The translations under genes and the position numbers were made by a program. Below are positions 50,673 through 61,891 of a stretch of DNA of 64,000 bases, piece after piece. Origin of the DNA: Parachlamydiales bacterium (GTDB taxonomy: Bacteria; Chlamydiota; Chlamydiia; Chlamydiales; JAJFMK01); the NCBI GenBank assembly GCA_963765145.1, contig CAVXVG010000027.1, forward strand, positions 96,001-160,000, read 5' to 3'. Position 1 is the stretch's first letter. Each line of letters opens with the position of its first letter. Below the pieces are notes generated by a model that did no database searches, had not been told where the DNA came from, and saw only the letters and a program-made list of their open reading frames with translations.

Positions 50673-51257
50673 ATGAATAATTTTATTGGCCAAAAAGCAC
50701 CGAGCTTCAAATGCGAAGCTATTGTTGAGGGGCGAATTATCCCCGATTTTACCCTAGAGCGTTATCTTGGGAAATATGTTGTCCTTTTTTTCTATCCACT
50801 CGATTTTACTTTTGTTTGCCCAACTGAATTGCATGCTTTTGAAGATAAACTGGCAGATTTTGAAGCTCGTGGCGCCGAAGTCATTGGCTGTTCTGTTGAT
50901 AGTGCCCATTGCCATTTGGCTTGGCTAAGAACGCCCAAATCGGAAGGTGGCATTGAAGACATTAGCTATCCCTTGATTGCTGATCTTAAAAAAGAGGTTT
51001 CAACCCTATTCAATGTATTAGCGCCGGAAGGGATTTCTTATAGAGGACTATTTCTGCTCGATAAGCAGGGCAAGATCCGCCATTATTTGATCAATGATTT
51101 GTCCCTTGGGCGTTCGGTCGATGAAGTGTTAAGAACGCTTGATGCCCTGATCTATGTCGAAAGCCACGGAGAAGTATGCCCAGCCAATTGGAGGAAAGGG
51201 CAAAAGGCGATGAGCGCCACAAAAGAGGGCGTCACTTCCTACTTCGCTGGCCGCTAA
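50673..51257 (+). CDS. ahpC: 2-Cys peroxiredoxin
   Basis: FYPLDFTFVCPTE and GEVCPANW motifs. Confidence 0.95.
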   Translation: MNNFIGQKAPSFKCEAIVEGRIIPDFTLERYLGKYVVLFFYPLDFTFVCPTELHAFEDKLADFEARGAEVIGCSVDSAHCHLAWLRTPKSEGGIEDISYPLIADLKKEVSTLFNVLAPEGISYRGLFLLDKQGKIRHYLINDLSLGRSVDEVLRTLDALIYVESHGEVCPANWRKGQKAMSATKEGVTSYFAGR

Positions 51258-51300
51258 ATCTTTTTTCTAGCAAGCTAATGCGAAATGAGAAGAAGTATTA

Positions 51301-51370
51301 TTTTTAGTCCGCAGCGCGTTTGGAGTGCGAAACTCCTGTTTCGCACTCCAAACGCGCTGCGGACTAAAAA
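51301..51370. repeat. Family B palindrome, short form
   Basis: tttttagtccgcagcgcgtttggagtgcgaaac-tcct-gtttcgcactccaaacgcgctgcggactaaaaa. Confidence 0.92.
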
Positions 51371-51394
51371 TGTTTTCATGTTTTTTCACTGCTT

Positions 51395-51772
51395 TTAGGA
51401 ACAGATGAAGTCGAAAAAGTCCTGCTCTGTTGTTAGGAGCGGGACTTTTTGTTTTTGAGAAAATTGAAAAAGCGGGTTTAGAATTTCAAGGCTTCCCACC
51501 CCCGGGGCAAATACCCCTCTTAAATGAAGGGGCCCTCTTTGTTCCAGCCAACGGAGTCCTGCCCGGTAGTCAGGCACACTAAAACCCTCCTCTTTGACCC
51601 TGAAGAAGAGAAGAGGGTGGTTGTAGTGGAGCGCTTGAATAGCCAAAACCATCCCCCGAGCTTCCTCAGGCGGATGCCCGAAGAGGTGAAGCAGCTCAAT
51701 CGGAGTGTAGATCTCTACACCCTCCTCAAAACTGCCTTTCTGAGCTTCAGCAAATAGCGCAATCCACTTCAT
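51395..51772 (-). CDS. Conserved chlamydial hypothetical protein
   Basis: Overlaps the eno stop; [18 protein letters not shown] and PGVGS pattern. Confidence 0.7.
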   Translation of the reverse strand: MKWIALFAEAQKGSFEEGVEIYTPIELLHLFGHPPEEARGMVLAIQALHYNHPLLFFRVKEEGFSVPDYRAGLRWLEQRGPLHLRGVFAPGVGSLEILNPLFQFSQKQKVPLLTTEQDFFDFICS

Positions 51773-53061
51773 CGTGCGAATAAGTTGGAATCTTTATAAA
51801 GAGCAATAGTTCCTAACTCCTTTTCGATTTCTAATAACCGATTGTACTTGGAAAGTCTATCACTGCGAGAAAGAGAGCCTGTTTTGATCTGGCCTGTATT
51901 TTTAGCAACGCTCAAGTCGGCAATGAATGGGTCTTCAGTTTCTCCCGATCGGTGAGAGATCACAGCTTGCCATCCTTGCTTTTGAGTTTTTTCAATCGCA
52001 TCAAGCGTTTCCGAAAGAGATCCGATCTGATTGCATTTAATGAGGACGGCATTGGCAGCCTTCTCCGCAAAAGCTTTTTCGATGAGTTCCGGGTTGGTGA
52101 CAAAAATATCATCTCCTACGATTTGAATTTTGTGACCTAACCGTTGCTGCAATATTTTCCACCCGCTCCAATCGTGTTCATCTAAACCATCTTCAATCGA
52201 GTCGATCGGATATTTTGAAACCAATTTTTCAAGAAAGGCAATTTCCTCTTCCGCAGTACGTCCCGGCTGTTTTTCTGAACTTTTTGCATTGATGTATTTT
52301 TTCTCTTTTTTGTCGTAGTAGGACGAGGCAGCGCAATCCAATGCAATCGAAATTTGATCGCCAGGTTTGTAGCCAGCTTCAACAATCGCCGAAAGGAGAA
52401 AATCAAGCGCATCTTCTGTAGAAGCAATGTGAGGTGCAAATCCCCCTTCATCGCCTACCGATGTTGTGAGTCCTTTTTTCTTTAGCAGACTTTTCAAGGT
52501 GTGGAAAACTTCAGATCCCCAACGTAACGCCTCTGAAAAAGTATCGGCTCCGTGTGGTCTGATCATAAATTCCTGTATTTCAAGAGGGTTGTCTGCGTGG
52601 GCACCTCCATTCATCACATTCATCATAGGGCAGGGCAATGTTTTTGCCGCAACACCGCCTAAATAACGATATAAAGGCATTTTGCTGGCTGCAGCGCCTG
52701 CCCTTGCTACAGCGAGAGAAACGCCAAGAATAGCGTTGGCGCCCAAGTTTTTCTTCTCTTTTGTTCTATCTGCATCAAGCATTAGTTGATCGATCTCTTC
52801 TTGATAAATGACCGATTGTCCTTTTAATAGTTTTTGGATGACCCCTTCTACATGGCTCTTGGCGGTTAGGACACCCTTTCCCTTATATCTCTTTTTATCT
52901 CCGTCTCGAAGCTCTAACGCTTCTCCTTCACCTGTAGAGGCACCTGAGGGGACTGACGCCTGCCCAACAATGCCCTCTTTTGTTACGCAAGTGACTTTCA
53001 GGGTAGGAAATCCCCTTGAGTCTAAAATTTCCAATGCGCTTAAGGACTCAATTTCAAACAT
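51769..53061 (-). CDS. eno: Enolase
   Basis: [32 protein letters not shown] and QIKTGS motifs. Confidence 0.97.
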   Translation of the reverse strand: MFEIESLSALEILDSRGFPTLKVTCVTKEGIVGQASVPSGASTGEGEALELRDGDKKRYKGKGVLTAKSHVEGVIQKLLKGQSVIYQEEIDQLMLDADRTKEKKNLGANAILGVSLAVARAGAAASKMPLYRYLGGVAAKTLPCPMMNVMNGGAHADNPLEIQEFMIRPHGADTFSEALRWGSEVFHTLKSLLKKKGLTTSVGDEGGFAPHIASTEDALDFLLSAIVEAGYKPGDQISIALDCAASSYYDKKEKKYINAKSSEKQPGRTAEEEIAFLEKLVSKYPIDSIEDGLDEHDWSGWKILQQRLGHKIQIVGDDIFVTNPELIEKAFAEKAANAVLIKCNQIGSLSETLDAIEKTQKQGWQAVISHRSGETEDPFIADLSVAKNTGQIKTGSLSRSDRLSKYNRLLEIEKELGTIALYKDSNLFAR

Positions 53062-53236
53062 ATCTTCTCCAAAATAAATAGAGTGGAGACTAACAAATGC
53101 AGTAAATGCTGAACATACCTTGAGCAAAAAAACCAAAGCATGTTATCTATGTAGCCCAATCGAAATTGGTTTTGGGAATACCTCGAATGTGGTGGTGCTC
53201 TTTTAACCGATATCAACAACAAATGATGAGCTAAAG

Positions 53237-54193
53237 ATGAAAACTACTGTGCAATCTTCCTTGATGGCATTGCTCTTCATAGCTACCTGTTTTGTAACAG
53301 GTCCTGTCTTTGCAGACGATAGCTATGCTGAAACATATGACACTACTATTACTGACTGGTCTCCTGAGTGGGACAACGCCCAATGGGATGAAACAAATGA
53401 TTGGGCATGTTGGAGCTACGATGAGTGCTGCGCCAACGCCTCACGTGTCTATGTCGGCCCGATTTATTTCAACAGACGTCTTCACTTTAACCCAAGAAAC
53501 GAGACTATTCCTAATCTATTTGGGATGACAGGCTCTACACGTTCAAACGGTAACTTCGTTGGAGTTAACTTTGGATACGAATACAAAGAAATTTGCAATG
53601 TCTACGGACGTATTGATGCTATCTGGGATACCGGATGCCTCAAAGGGTGCGCAAGAAACAGAACTAATGACTGGTGGTTAGATGGTCGCATCGGCTGGAC
53701 ATGGGGCGAATGCTCTCCATGTGGTTGGAGCCTCACTCCATACACTGGTATCGGCTACTTCTGGATCAACAGAAGCTTCCGCCACCAACCTGTTTCTATC
53801 AGATACGAAAGCTGGTATGTACCTGTAGGTCTTTTGGCTGTTGTTGAAGTTATGCCAGATTTCACAATCGGTATTGACGGTACTTGGATGCCAGAATTCT
53901 CTTCTCGCGTTAGCCTTGACCACCATTCGTTTGTTGATCTCGATCACGGAAACAACAACCGTTATGGCTGGAGAATTGAAGTGCCCTTTACATACACACT
54001 ACCATGCAACTGGTCTGGATGTGATTGCTTGAGCGCTATGGATATCGATGTCTGCGTAGCACCGTTTTATCAACAGTTCTACTACGGACATGTTCTACCA
54101 ACAACAATTGCTGGTGTACCGACTCCTACAGCTGTTCCTCGCATTCGCGAAGACTTCTGGGGTGCTAAGTTCCTCCTAGGCGTCCGCTTCTAA
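53237..54193 (+). CDS. Cys-rich outer membrane beta-barrel protein (MOMP-like/autotransporter-type)
   Basis: Signal peptide, Trp/Tyr-rich amphipathic strands, many Cys and terminal LGVRF. Confidence 0.75.
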   Translation: MKTTVQSSLMALLFIATCFVTGPVFADDSYAETYDTTITDWSPEWDNAQWDETNDWACWSYDECCANASRVYVGPIYFNRRLHFNPRNETIPNLFGMTGSTRSNGNFVGVNFGYEYKEICNVYGRIDAIWDTGCLKGCARNRTNDWWLDGRIGWTWGECSPCGWSLTPYTGIGYFWINRSFRHQPVSIRYESWYVPVGLLAVVEVMPDFTIGIDGTWMPEFSSRVSLDHHSFVDLDHGNNNRYGWRIEVPFTYTLPCNWSGCDCLSAMDIDVCVAPFYQQFYYGHVLPTTIAGVPTPTAVPRIREDFWGAKFLLGVRF

Positions 54194-54222
54194 CTAGCGG
54201 GCTGCAAAGGCCTATTTTAAAT

Positions 54223-54272
54223 AAAAAGACGACCCAGGTGTGTGTTTACACTGCCTGGGTCGTCTTTTTTTT
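54223..54272 (+). terminator. Intrinsic terminator
   Basis: aaaaagacgacccagg ... cctgggtcgtctttttttt. Confidence 0.85.
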
Positions 54273-54378
54273 AAACTAGGCTCTTTTCGCCGCGCTAGTT
54301 CACGGTTTGGTTAGTTTATTTCCTTCGGCTGTAAAAGCCATCTTGAAAGGATTGTTGAATAGCTGATAAGGTTTTCGC

Positions 54379-54972
54379 ATGATTGAAAATATAATAAATT
54401 CAACAATAGCTCCTTGGCTTAGTCCGCAAGATCAGCTTCAAAAAGCAAAAAAGTTTGCGATAGGCGTGGCTTGCTACCCTGCTTATTTTATCGTCTGGGA
54501 ACTATCTAAAAAGGCTCTTTTCAGTATAGTAGAGAACTCGATTCCGGTAATGGAAAAAATGTCTCTATCAGGAAAAATCCTCGGAGGGATTTCATTTGGC
54601 TATCGAACAATTATTGTTATGCCGGCCCTTGAAGAGCTCCTCTTTCGACAGGTTTGGCAGACTAAAATTTTAAATGAAACTATAAAACCCCTTTTGCCAC
54701 CTTCCCTTTCAAAACGTTGGGACAGTTGGGCAGGTGTTGCTATCCGAGTCTCTATTGTGGCACCTATATTTGGACTTTGCCATTCTCCTCAACTTTTGAG
54801 AGGAGACTTTAAAGCAGAAACGTTAGCGGCCTTTTTAGGGGCAACCTTGCAGGGAATTGCATATGGCGTATTGAAAGAAAAGGTGGGCTTTTTTGCTTCC
54901 TTTGGGTTGCATGCAACGAATAATGCCCATGTGTTTTCTCTTCTTGCCCATCATATTTTCACCAAAGCCTAA
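54379..54972 (+). CDS. CPBP (Abi/CAAX) intramembrane metalloprotease
   Basis: EELLFR, FGLCH and GLHATNN motifs. Confidence 0.9.
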   Translation: MIENIINSTIAPWLSPQDQLQKAKKFAIGVACYPAYFIVWELSKKALFSIVENSIPVMEKMSLSGKILGGISFGYRTIIVMPALEELLFRQVWQTKILNETIKPLLPPSLSKRWDSWAGVAIRVSIVAPIFGLCHSPQLLRGDFKAETLAAFLGATLQGIAYGVLKEKVGFFASFGLHATNNAHVFSLLAHHIFTKA

Positions 54973-54988
54973 AAAGCCGTCCCTTAAG

Positions 54989-55335
54989 TTCGCAACGCGT
55001 TTGGAGTGCTAAACTCCTGTTTAGCTTTCACTTTTCACTGACAAGTCAAAGCTAAACGGGAGTTTAGCACTCCAAACGCGTTGCGAATTAAACACCTTCC
55101 TGCACATTCGAAAATGGCCAGAATGGCCGTTTGCAGGCAGCCCGTTAAAAAAATCCACGCAAAGAGAGAAAATACATTCTTACTGCCGAAGGTTGAATAA
55201 TTAAGGTTGGGCGCCTTCAACGCTGGAATGCGCCTTAGTTGAAAAAACGAAAGCCTCGGCCTACGGAGTAGAGCCGAGGCTTTCGTTTTATTCAAATGAA
55301 GCCATTCCAGCGTTTGAAGGAACAGCGCCCACTCC
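54989..55335. mobile_element. Second, truncated and inverted copy of composite element E, including a family B palindrome (54989-55087)
   Basis: Colinear with the reverse complement of ~44316-44655; ends in ttgaaggaacagcgcccactcc. Confidence 0.75.
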
Positions 55336-55338
55336 GAT

Positions 55339-56547
55339 CTAAACTAAGAAGGTGTCGGAGATAAAGGATAGAGGTGCGAATGCGGTGTTGCTTTTGAGGA
55401 TCTTGACCTCGTCGCGATGGAGAGGGAGCCCTGTGATGCCGCATGTGACGTCAAGTGTTCCCAAATCGATTTCTAGCCCTGTAGAGACCGGAAGAATCGA
55501 TGTCTTCCCCTTGCCCGATTGAAACAGATCGCTGCGCATCTTTTTTGTCACTTCGATCCGGATATCCCCTTCGGTTCCTGCAAAGTCTGCAAGTAGCATC
55601 AATTTAGGTTGAGCATTTTCTGCAAGCGTTAGTGAACCAAAATAGCCAAGCGAGTGGCTTAGAAGCTCGACCTTGCCAATGTCGTAGGCACTTGTGTGAC
55701 CAAAGCTTGCAACTAAGACATCAGTTCCCCTGCACATTTCTTTCAGTTTTTCGCTGTAAGGGGCACTTGAAAGATAGGTAAGAGAAAGAGGGTCTCCGAC
55801 CGGACGAAAAAGGTCAAAAAAGAGATGAAGGGCTCCATCATGCTTTGAAGGGACGTACCTTAAATGGGCATGAGAAGAAAGCTCTAACGTTTCTCCATTC
55901 GTCGAATCTAAAAACAGATCGAAAGCGCTTACCATGTCTCTTTCTTGCTTATAAATAGGCTTAAGGTATGGTGCATAGTTTTCATGAACAGCACGTTCGA
56001 GAGTGTACTGGATGAAGTGGGTGGTTTCTGCTGCTTTATTCGTCTTTAGATTGAGTTCGTAAATAGCCAGAAGATCTCTTGTGTGCTCTTCATTATTCTC
56101 TGTGACGATGACATGATCGATATCACGAACGGTATAACCTGCTTTATGGAATCGGTCTAAAAATTCACGTCCTGGGTTGATGGCAATGCCGGTTGATTCC
56201 CAAGCAAAGAATAAGCCGCCAGAAGCTTGAAATGGGCCTTGGTGAGGCGCCCCGGCTCGACGAGCTTCAGACCAACCTTCCAAGAAGAAAAGATGATTGC
56301 CTTTCTCCCCTTTCTTTTTAGGACGAAGAGAATAACGGAGCAGCGCATCTTGCGACTGTTTCAAATAGCTTTCAACTCGCTCTTCAAGTGAAACATGCAG
56401 TGCGTCCTGTGAAGTTTCAACAGTAGGTGGCGACGAGATGGTAGGGGTGCCAGTGACAAAGCGAGAAAGCTCTTCAAAAAGAGACTCTTCCGATTTAGTA
56501 TCATTTTCAACTGAATAAAGACCAAAAAGATTGCTTTTATCATCCAT
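55339..56547 (-). CDS. Hypothetical protein with degenerate MBL-fold
   Basis: GIAINPG..FL..FH..G..V.DIDHVIVT resembles MBL motifs 1-2 but lacks HxHxDH. Confidence 0.6.
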   Translation of the reverse strand: MDDKSNLFGLYSVENDTKSEESLFEELSRFVTGTPTISSPPTVETSQDALHVSLEERVESYLKQSQDALLRYSLRPKKKGEKGNHLFFLEGWSEARRAGAPHQGPFQASGGLFFAWESTGIAINPGREFLDRFHKAGYTVRDIDHVIVTENNEEHTRDLLAIYELNLKTNKAAETTHFIQYTLERAVHENYAPYLKPIYKQERDMVSAFDLFLDSTNGETLELSSHAHLRYVPSKHDGALHLFFDLFRPVGDPLSLTYLSSAPYSEKLKEMCRGTDVLVASFGHTSAYDIGKVELLSHSLGYFGSLTLAENAQPKLMLLADFAGTEGDIRIEVTKKMRSDLFQSGKGKTSILPVSTGLEIDLGTLDVTCGITGLPLHRDEVKILKSNTAFAPLSFISDTFLV

Positions 56548-56609
56548 AAAAAACTCCAAGTGTTAAGGTGTAGATTACCTGGCTTATTTGGCTCACGTCA
56601 AAGGAATTC

Positions 56610-57941
56610 ATGCTTCTTAGAAAATCTCCTATCGAGTTAACCAATTATAGCGAGTTAGAACTGACTCGACATGTAGTAAACTTATCTAGAGAAAATGTTG
56701 GAATCGATGTATGTCCTTATCCTTTAGGTAGCTGCACGATGAAATTTAATCCAAGAGCACTCGAAAAAGCAGCCGGTTTTATAGGATTTTCTACTGCACA
56801 CCCATTAGCCCCTGAGCACACGGTTCAAGGGAGCTTAGAGGTTATTAAAAATTTTACAGATTTCTTGGTCGATCTATTAGGAATGGATGGAGGGACTTTC
56901 TCTCCCTATGCAGGTGCACAAGGGGAATTTGTCGGTCTTCATTTGATCAAAGCTTATCACCAATCAAATGGCCAGGTGCGAGATGAGATCTTAATACCGA
57001 ATGCTGCCCATGGGACAAATCCAGCCTCTGCCAGCATGTTGGGATACAAAATCATCACACTTTCTACAACCAAAGAGGGAGATGTTGATGTAGAGGAAAT
57101 CAAAAGAGTCCTTTCTTCTAAAACAGCTGGGTTGATGCTAACAAACCCTAATACGCTCGGCATTTTTTCTCCTTCGATTTTGCAAATCAGCGAGGCGGTC
57201 CATAGTTGCGGAGGGCTACTTTATTACGATGGTGCAAACTTGAATCCGCTGGCAGGTGTTGTCAAAGTGGGGGAAATGGGCTTTGATGTTCTGCACTTAA
57301 ACCTTCATAAAACCTTTGCGACATTTCATGGAAGTGGCGGCCCTGGTTCTGGTCCTGTCTTCTGCAAAAAGCAGTTGCTCCCTTTTTTACCTGCTCCTTT
57401 AGTTGAGGAAACAGCAGAAGGATATCGGTGGCAAAACAAAAGCGAACAAGCAATCGGCAGACCCTCTCCATTTCAAGGCAATTTCGGCATTGTTTTGATG
57501 GGTTATTTGTATTCGTTGCTACTTGGTAAATCGGGTTTACAAAAGAGTGCATATGCGGCGACATTACATGCAAACTATGTAAAACAGGGAGCAGAGAAAT
57601 TCTTTGAATCGCCATTTAAAGCTCACAGTCTGCACGAGTTCATTTTGTCGATGACAAAATTTAAAGAAAAAGGGATTACGGCTCTTGATTTGGCGAAAAG
57701 GATGATCGATTTTGGCATTCATCCCCCCACCATCTATTTTCCTCGGATCATCGAAGAGGGTTTTTTATTTGAACCGACCGAATCAGAATCCTTCGAGACG
57801 CTCAACAGAATGATCGACTGTTTCAGAAAGCTATCTGAAGAAGGGGAAAACAACCCCGACATGATCAAGCAGGCTCCCCATACAACCGCGATCCAACGTC
57901 CCGACGAAGCCAAAGCCGCCAAAGACATGAAAGTCGTTTAG
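56610..57941 (+). CDS. gcvPB: Glycine dehydrogenase (decarboxylating) subunit 2
   Basis: PLGSCTMKFNP, AHGTNPASA, YYDGAN, HLNLHKTF and EPTESES motifs. Confidence 0.93.
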   Translation: MLLRKSPIELTNYSELELTRHVVNLSRENVGIDVCPYPLGSCTMKFNPRALEKAAGFIGFSTAHPLAPEHTVQGSLEVIKNFTDFLVDLLGMDGGTFSPYAGAQGEFVGLHLIKAYHQSNGQVRDEILIPNAAHGTNPASASMLGYKIITLSTTKEGDVDVEEIKRVLSSKTAGLMLTNPNTLGIFSPSILQISEAVHSCGGLLYYDGANLNPLAGVVKVGEMGFDVLHLNLHKTFATFHGSGGPGSGPVFCKKQLLPFLPAPLVEETAEGYRWQNKSEQAIGRPSPFQGNFGIVLMGYLYSLLLGKSGLQKSAYAATLHANYVKQGAEKFFESPFKAHSLHEFILSMTKFKEKGITALDLAKRMIDFGIHPPTIYFPRIIEEGFLFEPTESESFETLNRMIDCFRKLSEEGENNPDMIKQAPHTTAIQRPDEAKAAKDMKVV

Positions 57942-57964
57942 AGGCCTTTTTCACACGATCACTC

Positions 57965-58083
57965 CCTTGCCCGAATTTTTAATTAAGAGTTTTTTTGCAT
58001 TGTTGTTTAAGTTGGAAGGGAATTACAGACTTTTGGCAAGGGCAAGGGCAAGGGCAAGGGCAAGGCAGGGCAAGGGCAAGGGT
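57965..58083. repeat. Family C palindrome with a GGCAAG tandem array
   Basis: ccttgcccgaa ... (ggcaag)n. Confidence 0.8.
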
Positions 58084-58085
58084 TG

Positions 58086-58784
58086 TTACTGCTTGAGAAT
58101 CTCTTCTTTGACGATGCCTTGGTCGATGACCTCTTTGGTAGGGCTGGCAAGCTTAATGCCTGTAAACCCTTGAAAGGCCATGGCCATTAAACCACTCATG
58201 ATGAAGGTAATGCCCATCCATTTAAGCCCTGGCATGATGTGAGAATACCGAAGCTTTTCTCTAATGGCAGCAATCAATGCGATGGCCAGCCACCAACCCA
58301 TTCCGGAACCAAAGACATAAACCATGTTCGGAATGAAAGGATATTCCCGTGTGACTGCAAAAAGGCAAGCCCCAAGGATTGCGCAGTTAACCGCTATCAA
58401 AGGCAAATAGAGGCCTAAAGACATGTACAATGCGGGTGAAAACTTCTCGATGATGATTTCTAAAATCTGCGTAAACGCCGCAATAACCGAAATGAAAAGG
58501 AGGAATTGCAAGAAGGACAAGTTGATTTTAGAGGCGTCGATCCCGATAAAAGAGAGCCAGCTTAAAGCGCCGGGAGCAGTGATAAATTGAGCCACACACC
58601 AATTCAAGATGCCTGAAACGGTAAGGACAAATACCACGGCAACGCCAAGCCCGTTGGCTGTTTTCAGGTTGCTAGAGCAAGCTAGGTAAGTACACATGCC
58701 TAAGAAGTTTGCCAAGAGGAAGTTTTCTATAAAGATCGATTGAATTAAAAGACCAATCAGATTAATCGGTTCGTATTCTCCCAT
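58086..58784 (-). CDS. nqrE: Na+-translocating NADH:quinone reductase subunit E
   Basis: FIENFLLANFLGMC and LPLIAVNCAILG motifs. Confidence 0.95.
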   Translation of the reverse strand: MGEYEPINLIGLLIQSIFIENFLLANFLGMCTYLACSSNLKTANGLGVAVVFVLTVSGILNWCVAQFITAPGALSWLSFIGIDASKINLSFLQFLLFISVIAAFTQILEIIIEKFSPALYMSLGLYLPLIAVNCAILGACLFAVTREYPFIPNMVYVFGSGMGWWLAIALIAAIREKLRYSHIMPGLKWMGITFIMSGLMAMAFQGFTGIKLASPTKEVIDQGIVKEEILKQ

Positions 58785-59429
58785 CTATTTCTTGGCCCCT
58801 TTTGCTTTGCGTGACTCTGCAATCCAAATCATGATGCCAATGATAAAAAAAGCAGCCGGCGGGCTGACCATGATGGCAAAATTTTCGTAGAGATTTGGGT
58901 TTTCAGCTGTTGCATACCAAGACAGCGGGATGATTTGATAACCAAAAAGCTGCCCAAAACCTAAAAATTCTCGTATGGCTGCAACAATGGCAAGCACCCA
59001 GGCATAGCCAAGGCCTGCGCCTAAACCATCCAAAAAGGCAGGGACAGGACTCACATTTTTTGCCATCCCCTCTGCACGTCCCATGACGATGCAGTTAGTG
59101 ATGATCAAGCCTACAAAGACAGAGAGTATTTTTGAGATGGGGAAAAAGTAGGCCTTTAAAAATTCATCAATGATGGTGACAAAAACCGAGATGATCGCCA
59201 GTTGGGTGATCATCCTGACACTATCAGGGGTATAATTTCTTAAGAGAGAGACCAAAAATGAGGAGCAAGAGGTGACAAAAGCAACCGACAGCCCCATCGT
59301 CAACCCAACAGAAAGACGATTGGTAACACCAAGCGCAGAACAGATTCCCAAAACAGCAACTAAAACCTGGTTGTTGCTAAAGAGCTGATCAAAAAAATAA
59401 AAACTATTTTTAGGGCTATTTTGTGCCAT
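58785..59429 (-). CDS. nqrD: NQR subunit D
   Basis: LGICSAL and [16 protein letters not shown] motifs. Confidence 0.95.
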   Translation of the reverse strand: MAQNSPKNSFYFFDQLFSNNQVLVAVLGICSALGVTNRLSVGLTMGLSVAFVTSCSSFLVSLLRNYTPDSVRMITQLAIISVFVTIIDEFLKAYFFPISKILSVFVGLIITNCIVMGRAEGMAKNVSPVPAFLDGLGAGLGYAWVLAIVAAIREFLGFGQLFGYQIIPLSWYATAENPNLYENFAIMVSPPAAFFIIGIMIWIAESRKAKGAKK

Positions 59430-60312
59430 TTTTTTCACTCTGAAGTTTGACAAGGAAAGGGCGATAGCCGGTTAGTACATCGGTGAAAGCGGCTGTGACC
59501 CCATTTCCCGTTAATGTGGCACCTGCCATTCCGTCGACAGCATTTTTTGCTCGGGGCTGGTTGCCAAAAACTTCGTTTACCTTACCTCGTACAACAACGA
59601 TGCCAAGAGGAGCTGTTTTTAAATCTGTTTGACCATCTGGCGAGGGTTGAAAAATCACTTTTCCGGGGAATTGTTTTTGCCAACTCCATTCAGTTATATT
59701 AGCACCAAGCCCAGGCGTTTCCTTTTGGTCGTACCAGCTTGTTCCAATCACAGTGTTGCCATCCGGTTTGATGGCCAAATAGCCATAGATGGCATCCCAA
59801 AGTCCATATCCATTGATCGGAATAATCCACCCCTCGGGTTGATCTCCTTCGTTTGGCAGTATTTGGTAGATCAACTTCCAAGGACGTGTGAAATAGCCTA
59901 CCTTTTTGAATTCATCTAGGTACTTATTGTAGGGGATATTTTCTTTCTCAAACGTTGAAAGCTCTCCCTTATCATTCACAACAAAAGGGCGAATCCTTCT
60001 GGTGTAAACGGTCAACACTTCACTTTCTGTTGGGGTGATTTCCCGATCAGTTCTAACAAGCTCTCCCCCTTTTTCCACTTGTGCAGGAAGGTCGAGTCCG
60101 TCGGCATTTGGCAGTTGAAAAAAGCCTTTACTATTAAGGATTAAGGCGCTTTTTAACATCTCCTTGCTTCGATCAAGCTCTCTTGCTTCTTGTTGGGGCA
60201 CCCGCAAAGCGCTTGCCATCACCGATAGGATGAGGGCGGCAACAAAGCTTAAGATCACCATGAAAACAAGCGTTCCCTGAGGTGTGAATCCTTTAGGTCT
60301 TCCTGAAGACAA
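59416..60312 (-). CDS. nqrC: NQR subunit C
   Basis: GYGLW, ETPGLG and [13 protein letters not shown] site. Confidence 0.95.
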   Translation of the reverse strand: MSSGRPKGFTPQGTLVFMVILSFVAALILSVMASALRVPQQEARELDRSKEMLKSALILNSKGFFQLPNADGLDLPAQVEKGGELVRTDREITPTESEVLTVYTRRIRPFVVNDKGELSTFEKENIPYNKYLDEFKKVGYFTRPWKLIYQILPNEGDQPEGWIIPINGYGLWDAIYGYLAIKPDGNTVIGTSWYDQKETPGLGANITEWSWQKQFPGKVIFQPSPDGQTDLKTAPLGIVVVRGKVNEVFGNQPRAKNAVDGMAGATLTGNGVTAAFTDVLTGYRPFLVKLQSEKNGTK

Positions 60313-61822
60313 GGGCCCTCCTTCTTTGGAAGATGATAGAGTAGTGATCGATCAGAGGGGCAAACACATTGGCCATGATGATGGCAAGCATGACCCCTTC
60401 CGGATAAGCAGGATTGATTAAACGGATGGTAATCGTCACAAGGCCAATCATAAGGCCATAGATCCACTGCCCCAGTTTAGTGGCAGGCGAGGAGACCGGG
60501 TCGGTTGCCATGAAGATATATCCAAAGGCCAGCCCTCCGAGCAGCAACTGTTTGTAAGGAGGAAAGGCAAAAGAGCCCGGATTCCACGCTCCACCATCAG
60601 CGCCAAAGAAACTTGCGCTGAAATTTAATAGAGTCGCGGTTAAAAAAGCCCCTAGGAAGCAAGCTACCATGGTTCTCCACGAACCGATCCCGGTAACGAC
60701 TAAGAAAATTCCACCTAGAATTGCTGCTAGAGTAGAGGTTTCTCCCATACTGCCTACCTTATTGCCAAAGAAATAGCTTCCATCGCTTTGTAAAGGGGAT
60801 AGGCCATACGAGACATCGGCAAGGCGCCAAGCGTCGTCGAAAGAGCCGCTCGAAAGGCCAAGTCCGCCCTCGCCAGGTGGCGAAGTGACAAACGACTTTA
60901 AGTCTGCAACCGGTAGATCGGTTAATGTTCCTTCGTGACCAGCTGCCTTCCATTTTTCAAAGGCCTTTTCTAATGCAGGGTAGGTAGAAACTTTATCTCC
61001 GACTTCTTGAACTGCGATCGCATCGACATGGATTTTCTTGATGTCGTGCGAAACATTCATCCTCATCAGGGGGGAGGCCTGGCTGTAGCCATCCACTCCT
61101 AACTTTCCAGCCTCATTATTCATCTTTACAAGGCTTTCTCTAACAGTTGTTGGATTAGTCCCAACCCAAACATCTCCCGACATTCTTCCCGGGAAGGTAA
61201 AAAAGAGAAAGGCGCGGCAAGCAAGGGCGGGATTCATGATGTTCTGTCCCGTTCCTCCAAACACCTCTTTTGAGAGAAAAACCCCTACTGCTACGCCCAC
61301 AGCAACCATCCAATAGGGAATTGTGGGAGGCAAGATCAAGGGATAGAGCATGCCGGTGACTAAAAAGCCTTCAGCCAGTTCGTGGCCCCGAATCAGCGCA
61401 AAGATGGCTTCGACAAGACCTCCTACTGCGTAAGAAATGATGACAATGGGAAGGAACGCAAGAGAGCCTCGTTTGAGAATTTCAATCCAACGGTCATCCT
61501 TCAAGGCAAATTGAAAATAGTGATCAAAGCTGGATAAAGAGGATAAATATTCATCCATCAAGTGGTAGTTGCCGGAAGAATAGACCAAGTCTTGCAACCC
61601 GGTATTCCAAATGGCCATTAAGATGGAGGGGATCAAAGCGACAACCACAAGAAGCATCCAACGCTTCACATCGACAGCATCTCGTATGTGAGGGGCTTCT
61701 TTTGTGTTGTCTTTTGGCTCGTAAAAAAAAGTGTCCAATGAGGTTATCAAAGGGCGAAGTGGATGAAGCCGACTTCCTTTCTCGGTAAGTCTATATTGAA
61801 AATCAAAAAAACGACGCAGCAT
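60293..61822 (-). CDS. nqrB: NQR subunit B
   Basis: PHIRDAVDVKR, KEVFGGTG, GSMGETS and FMATDPVS motifs. Confidence 0.95.
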   Translation of the reverse strand: MLRRFFDFQYRLTEKGSRLHPLRPLITSLDTFFYEPKDNTKEAPHIRDAVDVKRWMLLVVVALIPSILMAIWNTGLQDLVYSSGNYHLMDEYLSSLSSFDHYFQFALKDDRWIEILKRGSLAFLPIVIISYAVGGLVEAIFALIRGHELAEGFLVTGMLYPLILPPTIPYWMVAVGVAVGVFLSKEVFGGTGQNIMNPALACRAFLFFTFPGRMSGDVWVGTNPTTVRESLVKMNNEAGKLGVDGYSQASPLMRMNVSHDIKKIHVDAIAVQEVGDKVSTYPALEKAFEKWKAAGHEGTLTDLPVADLKSFVTSPPGEGGLGLSSGSFDDAWRLADVSYGLSPLQSDGSYFFGNKVGSMGETSTLAAILGGIFLVVTGIGSWRTMVACFLGAFLTATLLNFSASFFGADGGAWNPGSFAFPPYKQLLLGGLAFGYIFMATDPVSSPATKLGQWIYGLMIGLVTITIRLINPAYPEGVMLAIIMANVFAPLIDHYSIIFQRRRALVFRKT

Positions 61823-61891
61823 TGAACCGTTACAATCTCTATGAAAGCTCCAAATCCTAACACAAATAAACATACTTGTACCAAGGAAGAA

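Noticed and set aside
50156..50710. 184 aa antisense ORF
   Set aside because: It lies opposite a clear MBL hydrolase and has no recognisable motifs.
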